This document shows positions 21,234-32,455 of a stretch of DNA of 64,000 nucleotides, piece after piece (the first letter of the stretch is position 1; each line of letters begins with the position of its first letter). The stretch comes from an uncultured Burkholderiales bacterium (GTDB taxonomy: Bacteria > Pseudomonadota > Gammaproteobacteria > Burkholderiales > Casimicrobiaceae), in the NCBI GenBank assembly GCA_937944385.1, contig CALDYQ010000018.1:1832-65831 (forward strand), read 5' to 3'. The position numbers and the translations under genes are program-made. The notes beneath the pieces were generated by a model. The model was not told the DNA's origin, did no database searches, and saw only the letters and a list, made by a program, of their open reading frames with translations.

Positions 21234-22163
21234 TCATGTTTGCTTTGGTTTCGCTTGAAGGCGCGAGCGATCCTGCGTGCGCGCGACCGATGAGGCGAGC
21301 GCGACGAAGGCTTCGAGGTAAGCAAGGCCGCGGTCGGCTCGGCGCAAGCCGAGATGAATCTGCTTGATGATGCCGCGTTCGCCAAGACGCAGGCATCTGA
21401 GCTCGGTCCGTTGACGTGTGCCGCTCACGAGCCAGCGCGGCAGCGCCGTGACCGCGCGCCCGCTTGCGACCCACTCGAGGAGCACTTCGGTGTCTTCGAC
21501 CGTGCGGTGCCGCCGCGGCAGAACGCCTGCGGGCTGGAGGAAATGGGTGAAGATATCGAGCCGTTCCCGCGGCACGGGGTAGGTGAGTAACTCTTCGCTC
21601 GCCAGATCGATTGGCAGCACCCGCCGACGGGATGCGAGGGGGTGGGCGCTTGCGACCACGAGCATGTGCTCGTAGTCGAACACATCGATGAACTCGAGTT
21701 GCGCGTGAACGATCGGGTCGGGCGTGATGAGCACGTCGATCTCGCCGGCCAACAGCGCGGCAATGCCGCCAAACTGAAAGCGCTGCCGGATGTCGAGCTC
21801 GACCCGAGGCCAGGCCGCAATGAACGGACGCACCAGCGGCTTGAGCCACTGGTAGCAGGGATGACACTCGATGCCGATGCGCAGCAACCCGGCATGGCCC
21901 TCGGCGATCGAGGCGAGGCGCTCCTCGGCCTGTTCGAGCTGGGGCAGGACGCGCTCAGCGAGGGCGAGCAGTTGGCATCCTGCCGCGGTGGGTGTGAGCC
22001 GTCGACCTTCGCGCGACCAAATGGCCGTCCGGAGTCGGTCCTCGAGCCGCGACATGGTGTGACTGAGCGCCGATTGGGTCAAGCAAAGCACTTCGGCCGC
22101 GGCAGTGAGCGTGCCGCGACGCGCAACTTCCCGAACGATCTCGAGATGAATTCGTTCTATCAT
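21234..22163 (-). CDS. metR: LysR-family regulator MetR
   Basis: MIERIHLEIV HTH, TQSALSH, LRIGIECHPCYQWL, LLTYPVPRERLDIF; divergent from metE. Confidence 0.92.
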   Translation of the reverse strand: MIERIHLEIVREVARRGTLTAAAEVLCLTQSALSHTMSRLEDRLRTAIWSREGRRLTPTAAGCQLLALAERVLPQLEQAEERLASIAEGHAGLLRIGIECHPCYQWLKPLVRPFIAAWPRVELDIRQRFQFGGIAALLAGEIDVLITPDPIVHAQLEFIDVFDYEHMLVVASAHPLASRRRVLPIDLASEELLTYPVPRERLDIFTHFLQPAGVLPRRHRTVEDTEVLLEWVASGRAVTALPRWLVSGTRQRTELRCLRLGERGIIKQIHLGLRRADRGLAYLEAFVALASSVARTQDRSRLQAKPKQT

Positions 22164-22183
22164 GAATGAAATAGATGCTCGCG

Positions 22184-22196
22184 TGAAAAATGATCA
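22184..22196. promoter_or_regulatory. Candidate MetR-binding site
   Basis: TGAAAAATGATCA matches TGAA-N5-TTCA with one mismatch, in the 95-bp metR-metE intergenic region. Confidence 0.5.
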
Positions 22197-22258
22197 ATTT
22201 ACTGCATGGATTGTTCGCTGGATGATTCGCTTCGTGTTCAGTCAACGATGCCTGTTTC

Positions 22259-24580
22259 ATGATTCGTATTCATTCCCTCGGCTACCCCCGCATCGGCCCG
22301 AAACGTGAGCTCAAGTTCGCGCTCGAAGGCTACTGGTCGGGCTCCATAACGCGCAGTGAGCTGTTGCGCTGTGCAGCCGATTTGCGCGCGCGGCACTGGC
22401 GCGACCAAAGCGCTCTCGACTGGGTTCCGGTGGGTGATTTTTCGCTCTACGACTCCATGCTCGACATGTCCGTCACGTTGGGTGTCTGGCCGGCGCGGGT
22501 TGCGGCTACCTCGCGCGGGGATCGCTTTGATGATTACTTCCGTGCAGCGCGTGGCCGCAGCACGCCCGCGAGCGAGGCGCCGCCAGTGGCAGCGCTCGAG
22601 ATGACCAAATGGTTCGACACCAACTACCACTACCTTGTGCCCGAACTCGACCGTCGCACGGTCTTTCGGCTCGATGACCAGCGCCTGCGCGAGCAATGGT
22701 CAGAGGCGTTCATCCAGTCGGTTGCAGCCAAGCCGGTGCTCATCGGCCCGATCACCTGGCTGCGCCTGGCCAAGATGCGCGACGGTGGAGATCCGCTCGA
22801 ACTGCTCGATGCGCTGCTCGAGGTGTATGCCGAGCTTCTGCGCCGACTTGGCCAGTGGGGCGCGAGCTGGGTGCAGATGGACGAACCTGCGCTCGTTCTC
22901 GATCTGTCGCCCGCGTGGTTGGCAGCCGTGGCGCGTGCCTACCGGCTGCTCGGCCACGTGGGCCCTCGGTTGCTCGTTGCGACCTATTTCGGGGACCTTG
23001 GCGAGGCAGAGACCCTCGTGACCGAGCTGCCGGTGGCCGGCTGGCATTTCGATCTCACCCGTGGCGGCAACGATTCGCTCGCACTTGCGCGGTCGATCAA
23101 GCGTGCCGACCCAGAACGTGTGCTGTCGTTGGGCATCATCGATGGCCGCAACATTTGGCGTGCAGACCTCGATCGCTGTCTCGACCTGCTCGAGCCGGTG
23201 GCGGCCGAGCTGGGCGAGCGACTGTGGCTTGCGCCTTCGTGTTCGCTTCTGCATGTGCCCTATGAGGCCGCATCCGAAACCCGGCTCGCGCCGCACGTTC
23301 GTCACATGCTTGCTTTCGCGCAAGAGAAACTCGGCGAGCTGGTCACGCTTCGGCGGGCGCTGGGCGAGGGGAGAATGAGCGTTGCCGAGGAGCTCGAATC
23401 AGCGCGCGCCGCCCGTCAGGCATGGCTGAATTCGCCCGATGTGCGGCGAGAGGACGTGCGCAGAGCGCTTGCGGCCTGGGACGAGGGGAAAGCTTCGCGC
23501 CAGAGTCCTCACGCCATTCGAGCGGACAAGCAGCGCCGACGCCTGGGGCTTCCGCTGCTGCCGACGACGACGATTGGCTCGTTCCCGCAGACACAAACCA
23601 TTCGGAAAATCCGTCGCGAGCACCGCGAAGGCGCGCTCAGCACCGAGGCGTACGAGGCGGCGATGCGTGAGGAGATCGCGCGTTGCGTAGCCGAGCAGGA
23701 ATCGATCGGCCTCGATGTGCTGGTGCATGGCGAGCCCGAGCGCGCCGACATGGTCGAGTACTTCGCCGGGCTGCTCTCTGGCTATGCCTGCACCGAGAAC
23801 GGTTGGGTGCAATCCTATGGATCTCGGTGTGTCAAGCCACCCATCCTCTACGGCGACGTCGAACGCGTCAAACCGATGACCATCGCGTGGGCACGCTACG
23901 CCCAGTCTCTCACCCAGCGGCCAGTCAAGGGCATGCTGACTGGGCCGGTGACCATGCTGAACTGGTCATTCGTGCGTGATGACCAGGCGCGGGAAGTGAG
24001 TTGTCGCCAGCTGGCGCTTGCGCTTCGAGCCGAGGTCTGTGACCTCGAAGCCGCGGGAATCGGCGTCATTCAGATCGACGAGCCCGCATTTCGCGAAGGC
24101 TTGCCGCTTCGAACCGCGGCGCAGGCCGACTATTTGCGCTGGGCGGTGGCGTGCTTTCGGATGGCGGCCAACGGCGTGCGGGACGAGACGCAGATTCACA
24201 CCCACATGTGTTATTCGGAGTTCAACGACATCATCGAATGGATTGCTGCACTCGATGCCGATGTGATCACGATCGAGACCGCGCGCTCGGCGATGGACTT
24301 GCTCGATGCCTTCGAGCGCTTCGATTACCCAAACGAAATCGGTCCGGGTGTCTATGACGTGCACTCGCCTGTGGTGCCCGAGGTCGGACGCATGGTGAAG
24401 CTGCTCGAACGAGCGGGTCAGCGCCTTCCGTGGTCGCGGCTCTGGGTCAACCCCGACTGCGGTTTGAAGACCCGGGGCTGGTCCGAGGTGCGCGCAGCGC
24501 TCGCCAACATGGTGGCAGCGGCGCGGGAGTTGCGTAAGCAGCTCGAGACCCCGCTGCCAGTGGCCGGTGTCAGACGTTGA
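22259..24580 (+). CDS. metE: Cobalamin-independent methionine synthase
   Basis: [46 protein letters not shown] and NPDCGLKTR (Zn ligands). Confidence 0.98.
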   Translation: MIRIHSLGYPRIGPKRELKFALEGYWSGSITRSELLRCAADLRARHWRDQSALDWVPVGDFSLYDSMLDMSVTLGVWPARVAATSRGDRFDDYFRAARGRSTPASEAPPVAALEMTKWFDTNYHYLVPELDRRTVFRLDDQRLREQWSEAFIQSVAAKPVLIGPITWLRLAKMRDGGDPLELLDALLEVYAELLRRLGQWGASWVQMDEPALVLDLSPAWLAAVARAYRLLGHVGPRLLVATYFGDLGEAETLVTELPVAGWHFDLTRGGNDSLALARSIKRADPERVLSLGIIDGRNIWRADLDRCLDLLEPVAAELGERLWLAPSCSLLHVPYEAASETRLAPHVRHMLAFAQEKLGELVTLRRALGEGRMSVAEELESARAARQAWLNSPDVRREDVRRALAAWDEGKASRQSPHAIRADKQRRRLGLPLLPTTTIGSFPQTQTIRKIRREHREGALSTEAYEAAMREEIARCVAEQESIGLDVLVHGEPERADMVEYFAGLLSGYACTENGWVQSYGSRCVKPPILYGDVERVKPMTIAWARYAQSLTQRPVKGMLTGPVTMLNWSFVRDDQAREVSCRQLALALRAEVCDLEAAGIGVIQIDEPAFREGLPLRTAAQADYLRWAVACFRMAANGVRDETQIHTHMCYSEFNDIIEWIAALDADVITIETARSAMDLLDAFERFDYPNEIGPGVYDVHSPVVPEVGRMVKLLERAGQRLPWSRLWVNPDCGLKTRGWSEVRAALANMVAAARELRKQLETPLPVAGVRR

Positions 24581-25667
24581 ACAGGAAGTGAATGACGTCG
24601 CCGTCCTGTACGACGTAATCCTTGCCTTCGGCCCGCATCCTGCCCGCTTCCTTGGCACCCGCTTCGCCCTTGTGGCGGATGAAGTCGTCGAAGGCGATCG
24701 TGTTGGCGCGGATGAACCCGCGCTCGAAGTCGCTGTGGATGACGCCAGCGGCCTGCGGCGCGGTCGAGCCCCGGCGGATGGTCCAGGCGCGCACTTCCTT
24801 CTCGCCCGCGGTGAAGTAGGTCTGCAGGCCAAGCAGTTCGTACCCGGCGCGGATCACGCGATTCAAGCCCGGCTCGGATAGCCCGAGGTCCTTCAGGAAT
24901 TCCATCTTGTCGGCGTCGTCCATGTCGGCGATTTCTGCTTCCATCGCGGCGCAGACGGGAACCACAGGCGCCTGCTCCTTCGCGGCATGGGCGAGCAGGG
25001 CCTGGTAGTGCGGGTTGCCGTCGAGGTCGTTCGCGTCCGCCACGTTGGCCACATACATCGTGGGCTTGGCGGTGATGAGCGCGAGGGGTCTCAGAATGGC
25101 AAGTTCCTCGGCGTAGAACTCGATCGAGCGAACTGGCCGGCCTTCGGCAAGCGCAGCGTGACATTTCTCGAGCACACCCATCAGGCGCTGAGCTTCCTTG
25201 TCTCCACCCGCCTTGGCGAGCTTCGAGTTCTTCGCGATCTGCTTCTCCACGCTCGCGAGGTCGGCGAGCGCGAGCTCGGTGTTGATGATCTCGATGTCGT
25301 CGATCGGTGAGACGCGGCCTGCCACATGCACTACGTTGTCGTCCTCGAAGCAGCGCACCACATGGGCCGTGGCATCACAGTTGCGGATGTTGGCGAGGAA
25401 CTGGTTGCCCAGGCCCTCGCCCTGAGAGGCACCCTTGACGAGACCGGCGATGTCGACGAACTCCACGGTTGCCGGAATGACTTTCTGCGGCTTGACGATC
25501 GCGGCCAGCTGCGCGAGCCGAGCGTCGGGCACTTCGACGATACCGCTGTTGGGCTCGATCGTGCAGAAGGGGTAGTTCTCGGCGGCGATGCCGGCCTTGG
25601 TGAGGGCGTTGAAGAGGGTGGATTTGCCGACATTGGGCAAGCCGACGATGCCGCATTGCAGGGCCAT
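24570..25667 (-). CDS. ychF: Redox-regulated ribosome-binding ATPase YchF
   Basis: [54 protein letters not shown]. Confidence 0.98.
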   Translation of the reverse strand: MALQCGIVGLPNVGKSTLFNALTKAGIAAENYPFCTIEPNSGIVEVPDARLAQLAAIVKPQKVIPATVEFVDIAGLVKGASQGEGLGNQFLANIRNCDATAHVVRCFEDDNVVHVAGRVSPIDDIEIINTELALADLASVEKQIAKNSKLAKAGGDKEAQRLMGVLEKCHAALAEGRPVRSIEFYAEELAILRPLALITAKPTMYVANVADANDLDGNPHYQALLAHAAKEQAPVVPVCAAMEAEIADMDDADKMEFLKDLGLSEPGLNRVIRAGYELLGLQTYFTAGEKEVRAWTIRRGSTAPQAAGVIHSDFERGFIRANTIAFDDFIRHKGEAGAKEAGRMRAEGKDYVVQDGDVIHFLFNV

Positions 25668-25722
25668 GGTTGAATTCCGGGCGCAGGAAAACCCGCAATT
25701 ATCGTCCTCCGGATCGCTTCCC

Positions 25723-26307
25723 ATGAACGTGCTCTACCTCCACGGCTTCCGCTCGTCGCCGCAGTCGATGAAGGCCAAACTGCTGCGTGAGCGCTTCGCA
25801 AAGACGCCGCATCGCTTCGTCTGTCCGCAGTTGCCCGCGCGTCCCGCCGCAGCGATCACGCTCGCTTCGGAACTGATCGAAGACCGCGACGACCCGGCGC
25901 GCGACTGGGCGCTCGTGGGCTCTTCGCTCGGCGGTTATTACGCGACCCATCTCGCCGAGCGCTACGGCTGTCGCGCAGCACTACTCAATCCGGCCATCGT
26001 GCCGATGCTCGATCTGTCCGCCTACGTGGGCAAGCAGACGATGTTCCACAGTGACGCGCCGTTCGTTTGGCGAGAGGAATACCTCAACGAGCTGGCCGAA
26101 CTATCAGTCGAGCGCATCACCCGCCCCGAGCGTTATCTGCTGATCGCAGCGAAGGGCGACGAGGTGCTCGACTGGCGGCAGATGGTGGCGCACTACCCGG
26201 GCGCGCGGCAGATCGTGCTCGAAGGCGGCGATCACGCGCTCAGCCTGTTTACCGATTACGTCGAGGTGGTCGCGTCGTTCTGTACCGGGGGCACTGTAGC
26301 CGGCTGA
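25723..26307 (+). CDS. YqiA/YcfP-family alpha/beta hydrolase (esterase)
   Basis: [18 protein letters not shown] nucleophile elbow, GDEVLD, GGDHAL. Confidence 0.9.
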   Translation: MNVLYLHGFRSSPQSMKAKLLRERFAKTPHRFVCPQLPARPAAAITLASELIEDRDDPARDWALVGSSLGGYYATHLAERYGCRAALLNPAIVPMLDLSAYVGKQTMFHSDAPFVWREEYLNELAELSVERITRPERYLLIAAKGDEVLDWRQMVAHYPGARQIVLEGGDHALSLFTDYVEVVASFCTGGTVAG

Positions 26308-27977
26308 GTCGCGTCATCCGGGGCAAGCACGACGCGGTTGCGGCCCTGCGCCTTTGCGGCGTACAGCGCCCGGTCGGCGCGCGCAAAGAGCGTTTCGAGA
26401 TCGGTGGGAGCCGTGGCGAAGGCGATGCCGATGCTCGTCGTCACGCGCAGGGCGGGGGCGAGCGCGGTCCAGTCCGTGTCGATGGCGCGGCGGATGCGCT
26501 CGGCGACCTCGATGGCCGCCTCGAGCGCGACCTCTTCGGCGAGCAGCACGAATTCTTCGCCGCCCCATCGGCCTGCACAGTCCGTATTGCTACGACAGTG
26601 CTGTTTGAGGAGTTGAGCGAACCGTTCGAGCACACGGTCGCCAACGGTGTGGCCGTAGCGGTCGTTGATCGCCTTGAAATGGTCGATGTCGAGCGCGAGG
26701 AGGGCAACCCTGCGGCGGGTAGCTGCGTGGTGCAGAAAAAACGTCTCGATCCCCCGACGGTTGGCGAGCCCAGTGAGCGGATCGGTGACTGCAAGCTGCG
26801 TCAACGAGCGCTTTTCGGCGTCGAGCAGTTCGCGCTCGACGCGGCTTGCCTCGAGCACCCGTTCGTAGTGCAGCCGCTGACAGCGGCGGAGCACCTCTCC
26901 GGTGCGCAGCGCCTGCTCGAGCGCCCGGGCACGTTTGAGCCACTTGAGCGCGGCGGCCGTATCCCCGCTCGCTTCCAAACACTCAGCGAGCGCGAGGTAG
27001 GCGTCCCGCTCGACGGGCCGGAGGCCGTGCGACCGGGCAAGGTGTAGCGACATCATCGCGCAGCGGATGGCCTCCGGCGAGTCGTCCGCAGCGAGGTGCG
27101 CACGCGCAAGCACGCAGAGCGCTTGACCTTCGCTGCGCGGTGCAGGCAGCGCACGAAAAATCGTGATCGCACGGCAGGCAGCATTCACTGCCTCCGACAC
27201 TCGTCCATCGAGGGTCTCGATTCGGGCCAGCTCGATCAGGCAGAGGCCTTCGATACGTCGCCGACCCGCGCGGAGTGCGATGGCATAGGCCTGCTCGATC
27301 TCCTCGCGCGCCCGCGTGAGCCACGGCGATGCGCCCAGTGGGGACGGCGGTGACGCGGCTGCCGCGTCCACCGAGGTGGCGTCGGCAGCATCCGTGTCGA
27401 ACACTGAGGTGGCGCGCGCCCTCTCTTCGCGGGCGATCGACACCTGGGCTAGACGATACAGCGGATGGGCAAGGGCGCTTTCCTGGCCCGAAACCCGCGC
27501 GAGCTCGACCGACTCGCGCAGCAGACTCTCCGCCTGGTCGAAATCCTCGGCATAGCAGATCGCAGTGCCCAGGCTACGCAACAAACGGGAACGCACGAGC
27601 GGAGTGTCCTGTCTCGCCAAAACGCTGAGCCCATCCAAGGCAGATTCGACCGCCTCATCGAAGGCGCCTAGGTCGAGACTGACTGCCGACAGTTGATGCG
27701 CGACATTGGCATAGCCGACCAGATCGCCTTGACTGGTGAACAGACCGGCGGCTTGTTGGAGCGAATCGCGCGCCTCGGTGAATCGCCCTGAGATGCGTTC
27801 GAAGGCGCCGCGCAGCAGCAAGAGTCGGGCCTCGAGCGCGGTGTCCCCTTCTGTCTGGGCCTTGGGCAAAAGCGCGTGGAGTGCAATGAGTCCTTCCGCC
27901 GCATGGCCAGCGTGGGCGAGCGCCTCGAGCCCAGCGACCAGATCGTTTGCTGCAGGCGTGCTGGGGGAGACCTTCAT
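26256..27977 (-). CDS. Diguanylate cyclase with N-terminal TPR-like helical repeats
   Basis: TDPLTGLANRR, DIDHFKAINDRYGHTVGD, RWGGEEF, ADRALYAAKAQGRN; N-terminal 400 aa of TPR-like helices with no TM segment. Confidence 0.92.
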   Translation of the reverse strand: MKVSPSTPAANDLVAGLEALAHAGHAAEGLIALHALLPKAQTEGDTALEARLLLLRGAFERISGRFTEARDSLQQAAGLFTSQGDLVGYANVAHQLSAVSLDLGAFDEAVESALDGLSVLARQDTPLVRSRLLRSLGTAICYAEDFDQAESLLRESVELARVSGQESALAHPLYRLAQVSIAREERARATSVFDTDAADATSVDAAAASPPSPLGASPWLTRAREEIEQAYAIALRAGRRRIEGLCLIELARIETLDGRVSEAVNAACRAITIFRALPAPRSEGQALCVLARAHLAADDSPEAIRCAMMSLHLARSHGLRPVERDAYLALAECLEASGDTAAALKWLKRARALEQALRTGEVLRRCQRLHYERVLEASRVERELLDAEKRSLTQLAVTDPLTGLANRRGIETFFLHHAATRRRVALLALDIDHFKAINDRYGHTVGDRVLERFAQLLKQHCRSNTDCAGRWGGEEFVLLAEEVALEAAIEVAERIRRAIDTDWTALAPALRVTTSIGIAFATAPTDLETLFARADRALYAAKAQGRNRVVLAPDDATQPATVPPVQNDATTST

Positions 27978-29677
27978 GCCGCGCTCGCGATCCATCGGGC
28001 CGCCTTTTCGGCAATGGCAAGGGTCGGGCTCGCGGTGTTGCCGCTCGTGATCGTGGGCATGACGCCCGCATCGACCACACGCAGACCCGCCACACCGATC
28101 ACGTGCAGATGCGGATCGACCACGGTCTCGGGATCGTCCGCGCGCCCCATGCGCGTCGTTCCCACCGGGTGGAAGATGGTCGTCCCGATGTCGCCTGCGG
28201 CGCGGACGAGCTCATCGTCGCCACGGAGATGCGCACCCGGCCGAACCTCCTCCGGCGCGAAGGGCGCAAGCGCCGGCTGCGTGACGATGCGGCGCGTGAG
28301 CCGAAGGCTGTCCACCGCCACGCGCCGGTCCTCCTCGGTGGCGAGGTAGTTGGGCTGGATCGCCGGCGCAGCCTCGGGATCGGGCGAGACGATATGCACC
28401 GAGCCGCGGCTCGTCGGATTCAGGTTGCAGACGCTCGCGGTGAAGGCGTCGAACGGCTCGAGCGGCTCGCCAAACGCCGGCAGCGACAACGGCTGCACGT
28501 GGTATTCGATGTTCGGATGCGGCTGCTCGGGGCTACTTCGGGTGAAGGCGCCGAGCTGGCTCGGGGCCATGGCCATCGGCCCGCGACGATGGAGCAGGTA
28601 TTCGAGGCCGATTGCGAGCTTGCCGAGCGCGGTGGCCGCCCGGGTGTTGAGCGTGCGCGTGCCGCGGACGCGCCAGACGGCACGCAGCTGCAAGTGGTCC
28701 TGCAGGTTCTCTCCGACGCCGGGCCGATCCGCCACGGGCGTGATGCCGAGTTGCATCAGCCGATCGGCGGCCCCGATCCCCGAGCGCTCGAGGATCTGCA
28801 CGCTGCCGATCGCACCGGCGGCGAGGATCACCTCCCGCGCCGCGGCGATCGTGACGCGCTCATGGCGTCCCGCGGAACTGCGTCGGAGCACGACACCGCT
28901 CACGCGCGGCGGCTGGCAGCCGTCGGACGGTGTGATCTGCAGGCGTTCGACGAGACCATCGAGCCAAACGGTGAGATTGGGTCGCCCGACCGCTCCACGT
29001 AGAAACGCCTTGCTCGCATTCCAGCGCACCCCCGCGCGCTGGTTGACCTCGAAGTAGGCCACGCCTTCGTTGTCGCCGCCATTGAAGTCCTCGGTCGGCG
29101 GAATGCCGGCCTCGATCGCGGCTGCGCGGAAGGCCTCGAGGATCGGCCAGTGGAGGCGCTGCCGCTCCACACGCCACTCGCCCGTACTGCCGAGTCGGAA
29201 ATGCCCATGCAGCGCGGCAAACGCCGGATCGTCCGCACGGTCGCCCGCGGCATCGAGCCGCCAGTGCTGCTCATGGGCCCGAAACTCGGACAGCATGTTC
29301 GTCCAGCGCCAGGCATCGTCGCCGGTGAGCTCGGCCCAACGGTCGTAATCCCGCGCCTGGCCGCGCATGTAGATCATGCCGTTGATGCTCGAGGAACCGC
29401 CGAGCGTGCGCCCGCGCGGGTAGCGCAGGCGGCGACCGTTCAGGCCGGGCACGGACTCGGTCTGGAAACACCAGTCGCTGCGCGGATTGCCGATGCAGTA
29501 GAGGTATCCGACGGGGATGTGAATCCACGGATGGCTGTCACGGCCCCCGGCTTCGATCAGGAGCACCCGCCGGTTCGGGTCGCGTGACAGACGATTGGCG
29601 AGCAGGCAGCCTGCGGTGCCACCACCGATCACGATCCAGTCGAAGGCAAGCGTTTCCTGATCTGGAGTGCCATTCAT
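27974..29677 (-). CDS. GMC-family (choline dehydrogenase-like) FAD oxidoreductase
   Basis: GGGTAG dinucleotide-binding motif, PRGRTLGGSSSINGMIYMRG, GENLQDH, TIFHPVGT, SGNT. Confidence 0.93.
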   Translation of the reverse strand: MNGTPDQETLAFDWIVIGGGTAGCLLANRLSRDPNRRVLLIEAGGRDSHPWIHIPVGYLYCIGNPRSDWCFQTESVPGLNGRRLRYPRGRTLGGSSSINGMIYMRGQARDYDRWAELTGDDAWRWTNMLSEFRAHEQHWRLDAAGDRADDPAFAALHGHFRLGSTGEWRVERQRLHWPILEAFRAAAIEAGIPPTEDFNGGDNEGVAYFEVNQRAGVRWNASKAFLRGAVGRPNLTVWLDGLVERLQITPSDGCQPPRVSGVVLRRSSAGRHERVTIAAAREVILAAGAIGSVQILERSGIGAADRLMQLGITPVADRPGVGENLQDHLQLRAVWRVRGTRTLNTRAATALGKLAIGLEYLLHRRGPMAMAPSQLGAFTRSSPEQPHPNIEYHVQPLSLPAFGEPLEPFDAFTASVCNLNPTSRGSVHIVSPDPEAAPAIQPNYLATEEDRRVAVDSLRLTRRIVTQPALAPFAPEEVRPGAHLRGDDELVRAAGDIGTTIFHPVGTTRMGRADDPETVVDPHLHVIGVAGLRVVDAGVMPTITSGNTASPTLAIAEKAARWIASAA

Positions 29678-30543
29678 GGACGCCAATTGTCCACCGCCTT
29701 GCGGCAGATTGTCACCCGGGGCAAGCCAGCGAGATCACGACGGCCCTCGAGCTCGACGAGTCGGGCTGCGGCGAAGATCGCCTGCACGGCTGGGCCCTGG
29801 TCATGACCGTGCTCGACGATGAGGTGACCGCCGGGTGCGAGATGGTCCGCAACCGCCTGGGCCAGCACCCGGTAGGCGGTCAGGCCGTCGGCCCGGTCGG
29901 TGAGCGCGACCCACGGCTCGAAGCGCAGATCGCCTTCGACGAGATGCGGGTCCCCTTGGGCGATGTAGGGCGGATTGCTCACGATCAGGTCGAACAGAGG
30001 CTCACCGGCCAGGGCTGCAAGCCAGTCGCTCTTGAGAAAGCGCACGCCCGTAGCGCCATTTGCGCCGAGCGCATGCGCGTTTCGCTCTGCGAGTGCCAGT
30101 GCATCCTCCGAGATGTCGACGGCCGTGACCTCGAGCCCCGGGCGTTCGAGCGCAAGCGTGATCGCGATCGCGCCCGTGCCGGTGCCCACGTCGAGCACAC
30201 GGGCGTGCCGACCCAGCGGAAGTCGCTCGAGCGCGGCTTCGACCACGTGCTCCGTCTCCGGCCGTGGAATCAGGGCGGCGGGGGTGCACAGGAAGTCCCG
30301 CCCCCAGAACTCGCGATGCCCGATCAGATAGGCGATCGGTTCACCCGCGCGGCGGCGGGCCACGGCGAGTTCGAAGCGGTCGCGGGCCTCGGCGGGCACC
30401 AAGTCCCAGTCGTGCGCGAGCAGCCAGGCGTGGGCATGTGCTGGGCGTGGATGCCCCAGGGCATGGGCGAGGAGCAGGCGGATTTCGAGGGTAGGCAGGC
30501 GGCGGTCGGCGAGCAGCGCTGCGACCCTGATTTCGCCCCTCAC
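29674..30543 (-). CDS. prmC: Release factor glutamine methyltransferase
   Basis: RRRAGEPIAYLIG, ALIPRPETE, LDVGTGTGAIA, VSNPPY. Start set at GTG 30543. Confidence 0.95.
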   Translation of the reverse strand: MRGEIRVAALLADRRLPTLEIRLLLAHALGHPRPAHAHAWLLAHDWDLVPAEARDRFELAVARRRAGEPIAYLIGHREFWGRDFLCTPAALIPRPETEHVVEAALERLPLGRHARVLDVGTGTGAIAITLALERPGLEVTAVDISEDALALAERNAHALGANGATGVRFLKSDWLAALAGEPLFDLIVSNPPYIAQGDPHLVEGDLRFEPWVALTDRADGLTAYRVLAQAVADHLAPGGHLIVEHGHDQGPAVQAIFAAARLVELEGRRDLAGLPRVTICRKAVDNWRP

Positions 30544-30548
30544 TGTGC

Positions 30549-31370
30549 TCAGCTCGGCTCGACGCGGGCACCCTGCGCGATCATCGTCTCCACCACGCCG
30601 CGCGCGGCGAGGGCGAAGTCCGGGCCGCTCGAAGCGTAGAGGATGGAGCGCGAGGCGTTCACGATGAGCCCCGCCCCGTGACGGTCGCGCCCGAGGGCGA
30701 CCGTGGCGGCCAGATCGCCCCCTTGGACGCCCACGCCCGGCACAAGGAGCGGCATGTCCCCGACGAGCCCGCGGACGTCGGCAATCACGCTCGGGACTGT
30801 CGCGCCGACCACGAGGCCCACGTTGCCATTCGCGTTCCACGTCCCGGCGGCGGCTCGGGCGATGACGCGGTAGAGCGGCTCGCCCTCGATCAATCGCTCC
30901 TGAAGGTCTGCCCCACCCGGATTCGAGGTGCGGCAGAGCAGGATCGTGCCGCGGTCCGCGTAGGCCGTGAAGGGTGCGATCGAGTCGCCGCCGAGATACG
31001 GATTCACCGTGACCGCGTCTGCGCCGTAGCGCTCGAAGGCCTCGCGGGCATAGAACGCCGCGGTCGAGCCGACATCGCCTCGTTTGGCATCGAGGATGAC
31101 CGGGATGTGCGGATAGGTCTCGCGCAGGTAGTCGATGACCGTGGCGAGTTGCTCCTCGGCCCCCACCGCGGCGAAATGTGCGAACTGCGGCTTGTAGGCG
31201 CACACGCGGTCGTGGGTGGCATCGATGATCGCACGGCAGAAGGCGGCGATTGCAGCACCGGGGGTGCTGAGCACCGCGGGCAGTCGGTCGCACTCCGGGT
31301 CGAGTCCTACGCAGACGAGCGAGCCGGTTCGCGCCCACTGGGCGCGGAGCTTGTCGATGAACGCAATCAT
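30549..31370 (-). CDS. pyrF: Orotidine-5'-phosphate decarboxylase (subfamily 2)
   Basis: [54 protein letters not shown]. Confidence 0.96.
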   Translation of the reverse strand: MIAFIDKLRAQWARTGSLVCVGLDPECDRLPAVLSTPGAAIAAFCRAIIDATHDRVCAYKPQFAHFAAVGAEEQLATVIDYLRETYPHIPVILDAKRGDVGSTAAFYAREAFERYGADAVTVNPYLGGDSIAPFTAYADRGTILLCRTSNPGGADLQERLIEGEPLYRVIARAAAGTWNANGNVGLVVGATVPSVIADVRGLVGDMPLLVPGVGVQGGDLAATVALGRDRHGAGLIVNASRSILYASSGPDFALAARGVVETMIAQGARVEPS

Positions 31371-32455
31371 TGGGTGGCGGCCTCCATGCTGGCCATCTGC
31401 TCGGCTTGATGTTCGCTCGAAAGGGCTTCGATCACCTCATCGAGATCGCCCTCCATGATCGCATCCAGCTTGTAGAGCGTAAGGTTGATCCGATGATCGG
31501 TCATCCGTCCCTGCGGAAAGTTGTAGGTACGGATGCGCTCGCTCCGGTCCCCCGAGCCGACGAGCGAGCGGCGCAAGCCCGCCTCCTTGGCTTGCGCGGC
31601 TTCCCGTTCACGTTCGAGCAGGCGCGCGGCGAGCACCTCCATCGCCCGCGCTTTGTTCGCGTGCTGGCTGCGGCCGTCCTGGCACTCGACGACGAGTCCC
31701 GTGGGCAGGTGCGTGATGCGAACCGCCGAGTCGGTCTTGTTGATGTGCTGACCGCCCGCGCCCGAGGCGCGGAAGGTGTCGATGCGCAGCTCGGATGGGT
31801 TGATCTGGATGTCGCGCACAGGATCAGCCTCGGGCAGCACGGCCACCGTGCAGGCGCTCGTGTGGATACGTCCCTGCGACTCGGTTTCGGGCACGCGCTG
31901 CACGCGATGGGTGCCGGACTCGAACTTGAGCTTCGAATAGGCGCCTACGCCGGCCACGCGCGCGATCACCTCCTTGTAGCCGCCGAGATCGCTCTCGCTG
32001 GCCGAGACGATCTCCACCTGCCAGCGCTGCCGCTCGGCGTAGCGGCTGTACATGCGGAAGAGGTCGCCCGCGAAGAGGGCCGACTCATCCCCGCCCGTCC
32101 CGGCGCGGATCTCCAGAAAGACGTTGCGCTCGTCATTCGGGTCCTTCGGCAGGAGCGCCCGGGTGAGCTCGCGTTCCAGCCGGTCGAGGTCCGCCTTCGC
32201 TTCGCTCATCTCCTCCTCGGCCATCGCCCTCATCTCCGGGTCGGAGAGCAGCGACTGCGCGGTAGAGAGATCCGCCTCGCGCTCGCGATAGGTCTTGAAG
32301 AGCGCCGCCACGGGCTCGAGTTCGCTCCGCTCCTTGCCGAGCGCGCGAAAGCGGTTCATGTCGCCGACGGTGCCCGGATCGGAGAGGAGCGTCTCCACCT
32401 CCACGAGGCGCCGGTCGAGCTGTTCGAGCTTCTGGCGGAGGCTGTCCTTGAGCAT
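31367..32455 (-). CDS. prfA: Peptide chain release factor 1
   Basis: RVQRVPETE (PxT), [14 protein letters not shown] (GGQ), [12 protein letters not shown]. Confidence 0.98.
   Translation of the reverse strand: MLKDSLRQKLEQLDRRLVEVETLLSDPGTVGDMNRFRALGKERSELEPVAALFKTYREREADLSTAQSLLSDPEMRAMAEEEMSEAKADLDRLERELTRALLPKDPNDERNVFLEIRAGTGGDESALFAGDLFRMYSRYAERQRWQVEIVSASESDLGGYKEVIARVAGVGAYSKLKFESGTHRVQRVPETESQGRIHTSACTVAVLPEADPVRDIQINPSELRIDTFRASGAGGQHINKTDSAVRITHLPTGLVVECQDGRSQHANKARAMEVLAARLLEREREAAQAKEAGLRRSLVGSGDRSERIRTYNFPQGRMTDHRINLTLYKLDAIMEGDLDEVIEALSSEHQAEQMASMEAATQ

Noticed and set aside
27974-29677. GMC oxidoreductase as the dedicated H2O2 source for the haloperoxidase-like enzyme
   Set aside because: It lies about 9 kb away in a different operon and has no export signal, whereas the haloperoxidase-like protein has a Tat signal.
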